DNA of 64,000 nucleotides from an uncultured Spirochaetota bacterium. GTDB taxonomy: Bacteria; Spirochaetota; Spirochaetia; SZUA-6; Fen-1364. Location: the NCBI GenBank assembly GCA_963820525.1, contig CAWGAA010000003.1, positions 992,001 through 1,056,000 on the forward strand, given 5' to 3'. The translations under genes and the position numbers were made by a program. The notes under the pieces are model-generated. The model was not told where the DNA came from, did no database searches, and saw nothing but the letters and a program-made list of their open reading frames with translations. Shown piece by piece: positions 47,042 through 57,203 of the stretch (positions are counted from its first letter, which is position 1; the number at the start of each line of letters is the position of its first letter).

Positions 47042-50000
47042 CTAGACGCCGGCGCGAAAGGTGAGCCGCTTGTAGTCTTCCACGAAACCGAAGGAGAGGA
47101 GCGCCTCCCTATAGGGGCTCCTCACCGCCGCTTCGTCATTGATCTTCTCGACGTGAAGGGCCGAGAGCGGCCGCAGGTCGCGGCCGACGAGCTCCCGGAT
47201 GAAGCCGAGGTATTCGGAGATCCGCGGATCTTGCGGAGGAAAGCGGAGCTCCAGCTCCCGGCCCTGCCTGCGCGAGACGAGGACCAGAGCGCGGCCGTGG
47301 AAAACCAGGTGCGTCGAGGGCACGCGCGGGGGCAGGATCCCCTTGAAGGCTTCAAGCCCCGTGCCGCACAGCGAGGCGGGGTCCACGGCGTTCATCCAAT
47401 AGACGGCATCCTCCGGCAGCTCACCGCGAAGCTCCTCGAACGCCTGGGGCGAGGCGAACTGGAGCCCCGGGATTCCCTCGAAGAAACGGCCGGAGAGAAC
47501 CTCTCCGGAAAGCTCCATGATCCGAAGGCTTCTGAAGAGCGCGCCCCAGCGAAGGGGGGCAAGCTCGTTCTCCAGGGCCTCCCTGTACACCACTCCGAAG
47601 CGCTGGAGGACCTGGCGGATCCTGTCCCGGTTGCGCTCTTCCTCTTCGAGGGCATCGCGCTCCGCGGCCCGCGGCAGACGGAACCAGTACCCGGCGGCGG
47701 GGCGCGATGCCTGCCAGCGGCTGAAGCTGGGACGGGCCTTCACGCCTGCCCTCCGATGAGCGCCAAAGCCTGTCTCGAGGGCCTGGAATCTGCCGTCGAT
47801 TCCGCGCCTCACCGTCTGGAATGAATCGTTGGACGCCAGGCCTTCCCAGGCGAAGTGCCACAGCCGCTTCGAAAGTTCCTGTGTGGTGAGCCCCGAGCGG
47901 TCGGCAAGCTCCCAGAATCCGTACTTGCCGAATGCTTCGGGAAAGACGGCGTCGAGGGAGCGTTCCTCTGCCGAGGGACCGGTAAAGAGCTCCAGATCCT
48001 CCGCGAAGCAGAATGCGATCCTCTCCCGCCCGCATCCGAACCAGACCAGCCCCGCCTCGGAGAAAAGCGAATCGAGCCATCGACCGCCATAGCCGTGAAG
48101 GCGCGCGGGAAGCACCTCCTCCTCCCATATGCGCGCCGGAAGGCCGAAGCCGAAAAGCTTTTCCCACGCCTCTTTCATGTCATCGGGGCCTGCCCCGCGC
48201 CGCGTGAGGCCCTGGCGCCGGGCCAGATAGAGGGGAAGAAGCTCCGCGGCGAGCGGCGTGAAGGACGGCCGGGCCTGGGAGCGGGCCATGCGGAGGAGCC
48301 GCTCGAGGTTCTCCCTGTCGCAGAGGAAAGCTGCCTCGGACCCCGCAACCAGGCGGTCCACGACGACAAGCTCCTCCTCCACGAGGTCCTCCAGCGCGGC
48401 CTGGAACCGCTCGTCGGTCGGACCGAGCGCGGCCTGGGCAAAGGAGGGCTCCACGGGACCATAGAAGCGGAGCCACTGGGAGAGAAGGGAGGCGAGCGCC
48501 TCGTCGTCCTCCTCCTTCGCCCGCATGATCCGCGTGACGCTCTCACGCGCCGCCACAGCCTCGGCCGGCATGCCGAGGAAAACGATCTTGTCCTCCAGCT
48601 CCGTCATGAGGTCGGCCGCCGGGGTCCCATGATCCCTTTGGCATGCGGCGAGAAGCTCGTCCCACTCCCCCCGCGGAATAAGGACCCTCTCCTTCACCCA
48701 CTCGAGAAGCTCCACGCCTCCCCGCGGAGCGTAGCCCGGCGCCGTCCTCTGGAGCTTGCCCAGAAGCTCGGATGCAGCCGCGGGCTTGATCTGCGGGCGG
48801 AGGGAAGAGGAGAGGACCAGCTCGCGGATGAGGTCTCCCCGAAGGGCGGTCTGTCCTCCGGCTCGCGGGGTGTCGTCCTGGTACATGAAGGTGTTGGTCT
48901 GCTTCCATAAGAGGCCCCCGCAGAACGGCGATGGGGCGGAGGTGACGGCCTCGCTCACGCGGATCTTCCCCGACGCCACCTCCTCCAGCACCAGCCTCAG
49001 GCTCTCCATGTCGAACTCGTCCCTCAGGCAGGTGCGCCACGTCTCCACGATCATGGGGAAGTCGTCGTACTTCGACACCTCGGCGAAGAGGTTCTTGGCC
49101 CGAAGGCGCGTGAACCAGAGGGGCATCCTCCTGTTGGCCGCGGACTTCGGCAGAAGCAGGGCGCGGGATGCGTTCTCCCGGAAGCGCGCCCCGAAAAAGC
49201 CGCTGGACTCCAGCTTTTTCCGCAAGAGCCGCTCGAGGTTCTCGGGGGTGACAAGTGAAACGATCCGCGCGGCCGGCTCGTCCTCGGGCAGGAGCAGGAG
49301 GATCGCATCGTCGTCCTGGATCATCTCCGGCGGGTGCCCGAGCTCCTCCTCCCACGCTGCCGCAAGGGCCAGGGAGTACGGCCTGTTGACCCTCCCGCCC
49401 CACAGGGTATGAAGGACGATCCGCTTCAGGCCGGGAAGCGTGCCGCTCGGGGCCCCCGGCGCGGCATCCCGCGCGGCCGCCGCGCCGAGGGCCGGCTCGA
49501 CGGCGGCGCCGGGGCCGTCTCTGGTATGTTCCACCAGGAGGTGATGCCTGTGGGGCAGGTCGGTCCCGGTGGCCTCTCTCTGCCGCGCGAGGAATCGGAC
49601 GAGCTCCAAAGCGGCAGGCGGCTCGAGGGAGAAATCGCGCTCGAGGAGCGCGGGGAAGGCGGGGTCTTCGAGCCTTCCCGTCCAATCCTCCAGCGCTTCC
49701 GCGATGCGCCGGGATAGATGGAAGCTGCGGTTGCGCTCCTCCGCCTTCCAGAAGGGCGCCATGGCGGTGTTCGACGACGAGGGGGCGACCTCAACGTTCT
49801 GATGGTCTATCTTCTCGATCCGCCATCCCTGCGTGCCGAAGAAAAACGAATCCCCGACGGACCTTTCCCACACGAACTCCTCGTCGAGCTCGCCGATCAG
49901 GGCCTTGCCGCCCGCGGTGCGCATGCTGAAGGAGCCCCGGTCGGGGATTGTGCCGCCGCTGGAGTAGAGGCGCTGGAGCGCGCCGCTTCGCGCCTGCACG

Positions 50001-51535
50001 GTGCCTTCGAGCGCGTCGACGGCGACGAGGGGAGAAAGCTCGCGGAGGCGCGACTCCTCGTACCTGCCGGCCAGCATGGCAATGACCAGATCGAAGTGCT
50101 CGCGGGACAGGGAGTTGAAGGGGAAGCTCGAGCGAAGCGTATCGTAGAGATCGTCGCGCTTCCAGGTTTCCATGGCCGTCATGGAGACGATCACCTGGGC
50201 CAGAACGTCCAGCGGGCAGAGCACCGGAGAGACTTCCTCGATGTCCTGCGCGAGGACGGAGCGGGCCATGACCGCGGCATCCGCCAGGTCCTTTCCGTGA
50301 AGCGCATAGATGACGGCCCTGCTGGGAGAGCCTATCCTGTGCCCCGCGCGGCCGATGCGCTGCACCGCCGAGCTCACGGAAAAGGGGGTCTGGATCAGGA
50401 TGACCCTGTCCAGGACCCCGATATCGATCCCCAGCTCGAGGGAGCTCGTCGCCACGATCGCCTTGAGCTCTCCGTTCTTCAGTCTCTGCTCAACCACGAG
50501 GCGGATCTCCCGGGAGAGAGAGCCGTGGTGCGACCAGGCGAGCTGCCCCTCCGCCCCCTCGTTGATGAACCGGGCCAGCTTCTCCGCATGCCTCCGGGAG
50601 TTGACGAAAAAAAGCGTGGAACGGTTCTCCCGAATGATCCGCCTACACTCGAGTGTCAGGGCGCTCCACAGGGTTTCCTCGGTTTCGGCTGAAAGCTCGG
50701 TCGGGGAAGGCGCCGCGAAGCCCGCGCGGCCGGGCCGCAACGGGGGATTTCCGGGCAGGGGGAACGAGACGGATATCTCGTAGCGTTTGGCCATGGGGCA
50801 GTTGACGATCTCGATGGGCCGCTTTCTGTAAACCGGCTGCCCGCCGCTTCTCTCCAGCGTGAACCCCCCCACCAGGTCCGCCACCGTGGAGAGGGGGCGG
50901 ACCGTGGCAGAAAGGGCGATCCTTTGGAACTCGCCGCTTGTGCGGGCAAGCCGTTCCACGGCGGTCATGAGGTGGGTCCCGCGCTTGGTGGAGGCGACGG
51001 CGTGCACCTCGTCGAGGATGAGGGTGGCGACTCCCGCGAGCATCGCGGATGCGTTCGGCGATGAGAGAATGAGGTTGAGGCTCTCCGGTGTCGTGATGAG
51101 GATCTCGGGAGGTCGGGAAAGCATCCTGCGCCGCTCCCCGGGCGGCGTGTCGCCGCTTCTGGTGAGGACGCGGATGGGCGGAAACTCGCGCCCCGCCTGC
51201 TGAAATAACTGCCTGAGGCCTTCGAGGGGACCGAGGAGGTTCTTCTGGATGTCGTTGTTCAGCGCCTTGAGCGGAGAGACGTAAAGGATCCTCACGCCGC
51301 CCGGCGGCAAGACGCCTCGAACCAGGCGGTCGATGCCCCAGAGGAAAGCGGCCAGCGTCTTTCCCGTTCCGGTGGGCGCGGACACCAGAACGTGAGCGCC
51401 GCGCGCGATCGCCGGCCACGCGCGCGCCTGCACCTCGGTAGGCTCTCCCACCGAGCGGGCAAACCACTGGGCAACGAGCGGGTGGAAGGAGGCAAGGGGG
51501 TCCCCCGCGGGGGCTGCGTCTCGAATGGTATTCAA
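47042..51535 (-). CDS. lhr: Lhr-family ATP-dependent DNA helicase (long form)
   Basis: APTGTGKT; YVSPLKALNNDI; TTPES; DEVH; LSAT; HHGSLS; ATSSLELGIDIG; QRIGRAGH; GELDEEFV; TTG start overlaps the upstream stop. Confidence 0.93.
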   Translation of the reverse strand: MNTIRDAAPAGDPLASFHPLVAQWFARSVGEPTEVQARAWPAIARGAHVLVSAPTGTGKTLAAFLWGIDRLVRGVLPPGGVRILYVSPLKALNNDIQKNLLGPLEGLRQLFQQAGREFPPIRVLTRSGDTPPGERRRMLSRPPEILITTPESLNLILSSPNASAMLAGVATLILDEVHAVASTKRGTHLMTAVERLARTSGEFQRIALSATVRPLSTVADLVGGFTLERSGGQPVYRKRPIEIVNCPMAKRYEISVSFPLPGNPPLRPGRAGFAAPSPTELSAETEETLWSALTLECRRIIRENRSTLFFVNSRRHAEKLARFINEGAEGQLAWSHHGSLSREIRLVVEQRLKNGELKAIVATSSLELGIDIGVLDRVILIQTPFSVSSAVQRIGRAGHRIGSPSRAVIYALHGKDLADAAVMARSVLAQDIEEVSPVLCPLDVLAQVIVSMTAMETWKRDDLYDTLRSSFPFNSLSREHFDLVIAMLAGRYEESRLRELSPLVAVDALEGTVQARSGALQRLYSSGGTIPDRGSFSMRTAGGKALIGELDEEFVWERSVGDSFFFGTQGWRIEKIDHQNVEVAPSSSNTAMAPFWKAEERNRSFHLSRRIAEALEDWTGRLEDPAFPALLERDFSLEPPAALELVRFLARQREATGTDLPHRHHLLVEHTRDGPGAAVEPALGAAAARDAAPGAPSGTLPGLKRIVLHTLWGGRVNRPYSLALAAAWEEELGHPPEMIQDDDAILLLLPEDEPAARIVSLVTPENLERLLRKKLESSGFFGARFRENASRALLLPKSAANRRMPLWFTRLRAKNLFAEVSKYDDFPMIVETWRTCLRDEFDMESLRLVLEEVASGKIRVSEAVTSAPSPFCGGLLWKQTNTFMYQDDTPRAGGQTALRGDLIRELVLSSSLRPQIKPAAASELLGKLQRTAPGYAPRGGVELLEWVKERVLIPRGEWDELLAACQRDHGTPAADLMTELEDKIVFLGMPAEAVAARESVTRIMRAKEEDDEALASLLSQWLRFYGPVEPSFAQAALGPTDERFQAALEDLVEEELVVVDRLVAGSEAAFLCDRENLERLLRMARSQARPSFTPLAAELLPLYLARRQGLTRRGAGPDDMKEAWEKLFGFGLPARIWEEEVLPARLHGYGGRWLDSLFSEAGLVWFGCGRERIAFCFAEDLELFTGPSAEERSLDAVFPEAFGKYGFWELADRSGLTTQELSKRLWHFAWEGLASNDSFQTVRRGIDGRFQALETGFGAHRRAGVKARPSFSRWQASRPAAGYWFRLPRAAERDALEEEERNRDRIRQVLQRFGVVYREALENELAPLRWGALFRSLRIMELSGEVLSGRFFEGIPGLQFASPQAFEELRGELPEDAVYWMNAVDPASLCGTGLEAFKGILPPRVPSTHLVFHGRALVLVSRRQGRELELRFPPQDPRISEYLGFIRELVGRDLRPLSALHVEKINDEAAVRSPYREALLSFGFVEDYKRLTFRAGV

Positions 51536-52365
51536 TTGGCCGGCTCGAGCGCCTTCGGCAAGGCGGCTTCCACCTGCTTCCAATGTACATCGAGCTTTCG
51601 CGGCCGGAAATCGGGGGGCCGCGGCGCCTGGCGCGCCCGCGCTATCCTCTCGTCGACAGCGGAGTGCGGATCCAGGTAGCGCATGATCGCCGGAGGCTCC
51701 TTGTCGCGGCTCTCCTTCAGGCGCGTCATGGCATCCGCGAAGGCGGAGGGGTCGATGCCGGCCTTGGGCAGGATTTGCAGGGCGAAGGCATCCGCCCTGT
51801 CCTCAGCCTCCCGCGAATAGTGCCTGCCGACGAGGGTCGTGATGGCGTCCTGGGCGAGATTCTGGCCGCGCCCTCCCGTGAGCACCGTCATCAGGGCGTT
51901 CATCCCCATCTGCCGCTCCAGAAGCGTGATGGGATCGCGGTTCGCCACGTGGCCGAGCTCGTGCGCGAGGATGGCGGCCATCTCTTCGGGGCTGTCGAGC
52001 CTGCGGATGAGGCCCGAGTACACGACCACGACGCCGCCGGGAAGCGTCACGGCATTGATCACGGGAGAGTCCACCACGATGACCTGGACATCGTAGGGAA
52101 GCTTCCCCAGCGCCGGAAGGAGGCGGGACTCGATGGCGGAGAATGCTGCCGCCACCGGCGGCTTATCCACGATCTTCTCCTCGGAGGCAATCTGCTTGAG
52201 CATGAGGCTCCTGAGAGACTGCTCGAGGGAAAGTGAGATGTCGGGAGCCGGTACCGGATTGGGGAAGAAGAGCTTCTGGATTCCCAGGGCAAGAGTAAAG
52301 AGCAAGGCAGCCGCCGCGATGACGGCGGCCAGCTCCACCAGGAGTCTCCTCTGTCGATTCATCAA
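51532..52365 (-). CDS. M48-family metallopeptidase
   Basis: NAVTLPGG; AHELGHV; YSREAEDRAD. Confidence 0.9.
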   Translation of the reverse strand: MMNRQRRLLVELAAVIAAAALLFTLALGIQKLFFPNPVPAPDISLSLEQSLRSLMLKQIASEEKIVDKPPVAAAFSAIESRLLPALGKLPYDVQVIVVDSPVINAVTLPGGVVVVYSGLIRRLDSPEEMAAILAHELGHVANRDPITLLERQMGMNALMTVLTGGRGQNLAQDAITTLVGRHYSREAEDRADAFALQILPKAGIDPSAFADAMTRLKESRDKEPPAIMRYLDPHSAVDERIARARQAPRPPDFRPRKLDVHWKQVEAALPKALEPAN

Positions 52366-52368
52366 GCC

Positions 52369-52887
52369 CTAGAAACCCTCCGGAGGTCTGTTCGTCCACG
52401 ATTCCTGGCGCTTCTGCCGGCTCTGCGCCCACGGCCCGTAGAAGTGGGCATAGGCGAGGCGGCCGAAGAATGGCATGTAGTAGAACCTGCCCTTGTGCGC
52501 CTGGATGAGGGCAATGATGGAAAAGACGATATACAGAACGTTCACGAGGACGAGGAAGAACAGGTACGCCAGGAAAGGCCCCAGGAGAAAATGGGGGCTT
52601 GTGGCGATGAGCACGATGACCCACGCCACCAGGCCCGCGTTGATCAGGACCACGGGAATATGGGACATCAGGGCCTGGTAGCAGTGGAAGGCCACGAACC
52701 GCGAGGTCTTGCGGTTGACGAGGTAGTAGATCACCGAGGCGATGAGGTTGATCAGGGGAAGGGGCAGGCCGATGGCCCACGAAGCGAACATCATGAGGTA
52801 CGAGCCCATGGCGTCGTCTCTTTCCCTTTCGCTGATCTGGTCCGGCTGGGGAAGCCCGCCGGCGGGATGCTCAGTGCCCGCGTCCAT
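52369..52887 (-). CDS. DUF4870-like membrane protein
   Basis: 3 TM; SRFVAFHCYQAL; AHKGRFYYMP. Confidence 0.75.
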   Translation of the reverse strand: MDAGTEHPAGGLPQPDQISERERDDAMGSYLMMFASWAIGLPLPLINLIASVIYYLVNRKTSRFVAFHCYQALMSHIPVVLINAGLVAWVIVLIATSPHFLLGPFLAYLFFLVLVNVLYIVFSIIALIQAHKGRFYYMPFFGRLAYAHFYGPWAQSRQKRQESWTNRPPEGF

Positions 52888-52898
52888 GGCCTATCATC

Positions 52899-53483
52899 TC
52901 ACTCCTTCCCGGAGAAGGGGGGATACTGGTCGGTGAAGTATCCCAGGTACAAGCCTACACGCGTGATCCAGCGCAGAGTGCCGACGTTGAAGGCGTGCCA
53001 GCGCGCGGGATACCTGCCGGCAAAGAGGACCGCCCACCAGGCCAGGAAAGCCAGAAACTCGGTGGCGATCAGCCGGAAGAACAGGCAGAATCCGTGCGGG
53101 ATGCCCACGTAGAACGCGCCGAAGATAAGACGGAGCAGCACCAGCCCCCTGCTCACCTTCTCTGGCCGGGGGACTTCGAGGGAAACCTTGTCGCTCTTCC
53201 CCTTGGGGAAGAATGCGGGGTATCCGTCCACCAGGTTGAAGAAGGTGGCGTTCAACCTCTGGCCCCAGTTGTTGAAGCCGATCTGGAAGTTGAAGAAGCT
53301 CTCCGGGAACCTGCCGGTGAAGAGGACCACCCAGAAAGTGAGGAACGCGATGACGGCGGACCAGATGGCGACGAAGAAATAGAGAAAGAAATGGGGGATG
53401 CCGATGTAGAGCCATCCGAAAAGGGTGCGCAGGATGAGCTGTCCGCGTGAGTACTTGTCCTGATGGGTAATGGTAAGTTTCAT
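52899..53483 (-). CDS. DUF4389-like membrane protein (internal duplication)
   Basis: Two repeats of SRG...IPH...LF.GR.P...DxYP.F. Confidence 0.8.
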   Translation of the reverse strand: MKLTITHQDKYSRGQLILRTLFGWLYIGIPHFFLYFFVAIWSAVIAFLTFWVVLFTGRFPESFFNFQIGFNNWGQRLNATFFNLVDGYPAFFPKGKSDKVSLEVPRPEKVSRGLVLLRLIFGAFYVGIPHGFCLFFRLIATEFLAFLAWWAVLFAGRYPARWHAFNVGTLRWITRVGLYLGYFTDQYPPFSGKE

Positions 53484-53627
53484 AGCACCTCCTTATTGGC
53501 AAGGATTATAAGCCTGCCGGGGGCGAAATTCAAACTGTTTTTGTCAGCTTCTCGCAAGCGTTCGTCGCCGCCCGACACAAAGCGTGCCAACTTTCGGGGA
53601 AAGGAAGTCGGGCCGTTTCCGGCAAGC

Positions 53628-54731
53628 TCACTCGTCCAGGAGGCCCTCACGGAGGCCCAGGGGCAGGGGCGCCGGCCTCTCGCAGGCGCTCTGCACCTTG
53701 ATATGCTTCTGCAGCCTGGATGCCTCGTAGATGCAGTGCATCAGGTCGAGAACGTGGAAGGCCAGCTCACCGCTTGCCCTGTGCGGCCGGCCGCTCCGCA
53801 GGGCGTAGGCCATGTCCGCCACGCCGATGCTCCGCGCAAGCTCCGCATGGGGATGGGAAAGCGGGATGTCGGTCCAGTCCCTGGCGTCGGCGCGTTTCAC
53901 CCGCGGAGTCCCGCCGGGGAAGTTCGGGTCCGGGACGCTCAGGGTCCCCTCGGATCCGTAGATCTCGATGCGGGGAAGCTCGGCCGCCCAGACGTCGAAG
54001 CTCATGACGATCGTTGCCACGACTCCCGAGGCGAAGTCCATCACCCCGGCGACGTGCGTCGGAACCTCCACGGTGATTTTCTGGCCTCTCTTGGCGGGGC
54101 TGCCGATGATCCTTTCGGCAAAGCTTATCCGGGCGGATCCCGTCACGCGCGCCACGGGCCCCAGAAGCGCAACCAGCGCCGTGAGGTAGTACGGCCCCAT
54201 GTCGAACATCGGGCCGCCCCCTTTTTTGTAGAAGAACTCGGGATTGGGGTGCCATGATTCCGGGCCGTGGCCGGTCATGAACGCCGCGGCGGCCACAGGT
54301 TTTCCGATCCAGCCGTCGTCGATCAGCTTCCGGCAGGTCTGATGGGCGGCGCCCAGGAAGGTGTCGGGGGCGCATCCGACGAGGACCCCCTTCGCCTTGG
54401 CCTCGGCCAGCAGCTTCCTCGCCTCCTCCCGCTCCACGGCCAGCGGCTTCTCGTTCCACACGCTCTTTCCCGCCTTGACGGCCGCCATGGCCACCTCGGA
54501 GTGCGCCCGGGGCACCGTGAGGTTGACCACGATCTCGATTTCGGGATCCGAGAGCAGCTCCTCCACGCTCACGGCGCGCGGGATGCCGAACTCGGCAGCC
54601 CTCGCCTTCGCCTTTTCTCCGACGATGTCGGCAAGTGCAACTGTCTGGAGGACCTCGAACCTCGCGCAGTTCTTCAGGTACATTGCGCTCACGTCCCCGC
54701 AGCCGATGATGCCGATGTGCGTCTTCTTCAC
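53628..54731 (-). CDS. Gfo/Idh/MocA oxidoreductase
   Basis: IGIIGCG; NLTVPRAH; EKPLA; GCAPDTFLG; GPMFDMGPYY; GTG start. Confidence 0.92.
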   Translation of the reverse strand: MKKTHIGIIGCGDVSAMYLKNCARFEVLQTVALADIVGEKAKARAAEFGIPRAVSVEELLSDPEIEIVVNLTVPRAHSEVAMAAVKAGKSVWNEKPLAVEREEARKLLAEAKAKGVLVGCAPDTFLGAAHQTCRKLIDDGWIGKPVAAAAFMTGHGPESWHPNPEFFYKKGGGPMFDMGPYYLTALVALLGPVARVTGSARISFAERIIGSPAKRGQKITVEVPTHVAGVMDFASGVVATIVMSFDVWAAELPRIEIYGSEGTLSVPDPNFPGGTPRVKRADARDWTDIPLSHPHAELARSIGVADMAYALRSGRPHRASGELAFHVLDLMHCIYEASRLQKHIKVQSACERPAPLPLGLREGLLDE

Positions 54732-54843
54732 GCTCGAAGTATACCAGAGCGGCAGGCGAGGAGCAAATCTCAGGACCAGGAAGCGGTGAGCATTCTTGCC
54801 TTTCCGGCGGCCCGCCGATAGATTCTGTCGTACGGAGACATTC

Positions 54844-56142
54844 ATGAGCCCTCGGACGATCCTCGTCCTGTATATCCTCTTCTTCTTTCTGGAGCTGGCG
54901 TGGGAGTCCCTCCTCAGCCTGCTCAACCTTCAGAACGTGCGGCGAAGCGCGGCAAGCGTCCCGCCGGCGTTCGTCGGCGCAATAGAGCCCGAGACATACG
55001 GGAAATCGGTGGCCTACACCCTCACCCACGGCCGCTTCGGCATCCTCGCCTCGCTCGCCTCCTCGGCGATCCTGCTCGCCGTCGTTCTCACCGGCTCGCT
55101 GGGCGTTCTCGACACCCTGGCGCGCTCGCTGCCCATCCACCCCTACCTCCAGGGGATCCTTTTCATCCTCGGGGTTTCGCTCTTCTTCTGGCTGGTCTCC
55201 CTCCCCCTGAGCCTGTATTCCACGTTCGGCATCGAGGCGCGCTTCGGATTCAACAGGATGACCCCGAGGCTGTACGCGCTCGATACCCTGAAGAGCCTGG
55301 CCGTCTCCGCCGTCATCGGGGCGCCCGTGCTGATCGCGCTGTTCTGGTTCATGGACAAGACGGGAAGACTCTGGTGGATCTGGGCGTTCTGCGCCATGAC
55401 GGCCTTCCAGCTCGTCATGGGCATCCTCTACCCGCTCGCGATCGCCCCGCTGTTCAACAAGTTCACCCCCCTGCCGGAGGGATCCCTCAGGAACCGGATC
55501 GTCGAGCTGGCCGAAAGGCTTCGATTCCGCACAAAGGGGATATTCGTCATGGACGGCAGCAGGAGGTCGCGCCACAGCAATGCCTACTTCACGGGGATCG
55601 GCAGATCGAAGCGGATCGTGCTCTTCGACACCCTGGTGAACGCAATGAGCGAGGATGAGATCGTCTCGGTCCTCGCCCATGAGATCGGGCACGAAAAAAA
55701 ACACCATGTGAGGATCGGGCTCGCCGTGTCCCTTGTCATGTCGCTTGCCGGCTTCTGGGTCGTGAGCCTGCTTCTTCCCTTCTTCCCCCTCTACCAGGCC
55801 TTCGGCTTCCAGAAAGCGAGCTACCATGCCATCCTCGTTCTGCTCGCGTTCTGCTCGGGGCCTTTCACCTTCTTCCTCAAGCCCCTGGGCTCGATCTGGT
55901 CGCGCAGGCACGAGTACCAGGCCGACCGCTTCGCCGTGGAAGCCGTGGGAAACGCCGAGGGATTGAAGTCGGCGCTGATGCGGCTGACAAAGGAAAACCT
56001 GGCCAACCTCACTCCGCATCCGCTGTACAGCTTCTACCATTATTCCCATCCCACGATCGCGGAAAGGCTCGCGGCGCTGGACCGCCACCAGGAGAGAATC
56101 CTCGCAGCGCCGAAGGAGGCGGGCGCGGAGACCGCGGGATGA
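54844..56142 (+). CDS. Ste24-type M48 membrane zinc peptidase
   Basis: FGIEARFGFN; DGSRRSRHSNAYFTG; HEIGH; EYQADRFA; YSHP. Confidence 0.93.
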   Translation: MSPRTILVLYILFFFLELAWESLLSLLNLQNVRRSAASVPPAFVGAIEPETYGKSVAYTLTHGRFGILASLASSAILLAVVLTGSLGVLDTLARSLPIHPYLQGILFILGVSLFFWLVSLPLSLYSTFGIEARFGFNRMTPRLYALDTLKSLAVSAVIGAPVLIALFWFMDKTGRLWWIWAFCAMTAFQLVMGILYPLAIAPLFNKFTPLPEGSLRNRIVELAERLRFRTKGIFVMDGSRRSRHSNAYFTGIGRSKRIVLFDTLVNAMSEDEIVSVLAHEIGHEKKHHVRIGLAVSLVMSLAGFWVVSLLLPFFPLYQAFGFQKASYHAILVLLAFCSGPFTFFLKPLGSIWSRRHEYQADRFAVEAVGNAEGLKSALMRLTKENLANLTPHPLYSFYHYSHPTIAERLAALDRHQERILAAPKEAGAETAG

Positions 56143-56163
56143 GCGCGCCCAAGTGAGGAAAAC

Positions 56164-56726
56164 GTGAGCGCAGCCGACGGTGTTGTGTGGGACCTGAAGG
56201 ACCTCTACTCCCCGCCGGCGGACCCCCGCATCGAAACGGACGCCGACGAAGCCGAGCGCCGGGCCGCGGAGGCCAGTTCGCGACGATCTTCCGCCAGGTG
56301 GCCATGAATCGTTTCGAGCATGCCATCCACGGCGCGCGCCGGACCGAGGGCGAGCTCACCACGGAGAGGTTCTCCGCCCTGTGGATGGACACCCAGAGGG
56401 CGATGTTCGCCGACAGCGTGACGTTGGGACGGGACTACGGGATCTGGTGGAGCTATATCCACCATTTCCTTTTCGCTCCCGGTTATGTCTACGCCTACGC
56501 CTTCGGGGAGCTCCTGGTGCGGGCGCTCTACAGCCGCTACCGCGCCTCAGGCGGGGGCTTCCCCGAGAGATACCTGGCCATGCTCGCCGCCGGCGGCTCC
56601 CAGTGGCCGCACCTGATGGTGGCGCCGCTGGGAGTCGACCTCAGGGACCCCGGATTCTGGAAACAAGGCCTGGGTCTTCTCGAAGAAATGGTCGGACGGG
56701 CGGAGGAGCTCGCGGCCGCGCGGTAA
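56164..56726 (+). pseudogene. Oligoendopeptidase F (M3B) remnant with a large internal deletion
   Basis: Head VSAADGVVWDLKDLY..DPRIE joined out of frame at ~56271 to tail FATIFRQ..WSYIHHF..YVYAYAFGELL..MLAAGGS; no HExxH motif. Confidence 0.82.
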
Positions 56727-56852
56727 AAGCCGCCGGGAGTGATTTTCGCCCGCATCTTGCTTTTTTCCGAAAACTCAGTAGGATTATGCGGGGAATGGAT
56801 CCGGCCGGGATTGGCAGGCGCCGGTACACATGCAATTAGAAAGGAGCAGCCC

Positions 56853-57131
56853 ATGGCAAGGAATTATCTGATCTTCTTTTTCGGTCTTGTCATCATTTTC
56901 GCCTTCAGCTTCTTCTTCTGCTTCGAGGGCATCTACGCCCAGAGCCTCATGGCGGGAGTTCTCGCAATCATCGGCTTCGCCGCGGCCCTGATCATCTCCC
57001 TTGTGATCGGAATCGCCAGCCGCGAGGAGGGGGGCTCCCTCTACGTCTGGTTCTTCGCCGTCTCGATCGTCACGGCCATCGTCTTCATCTGGTACCTGAG
57101 CCGGGCCGGGACGCTCCTGCAGATCTGGTGA
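56853..57131 (+). CDS. Small 3-TM hypothetical protein
   Basis: AAGGAG RBS; hydrophobic ORF; followed by a terminator. Confidence 0.75.
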   Translation: MARNYLIFFFGLVIIFAFSFFFCFEGIYAQSLMAGVLAIIGFAAALIISLVIGIASREEGGSLYVWFFAVSIVTAIVFIWYLSRAGTLLQIW

Positions 57132-57147
57132 GATCCTCACTCTGCAA

Positions 57148-57181
57148 GAAAACCCCTGGCCGCTCGCCAGGGGTTTTTTTT
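57148..57181 (+). terminator. Rho-independent terminator
   Basis: AAAACCCCTGGC-cgctc-GCCAGGGG followed by a T-run. Confidence 0.85.
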
Positions 57182-57203
57182 ATCGCCGGGCGGTGAGCAG
57201 CCG

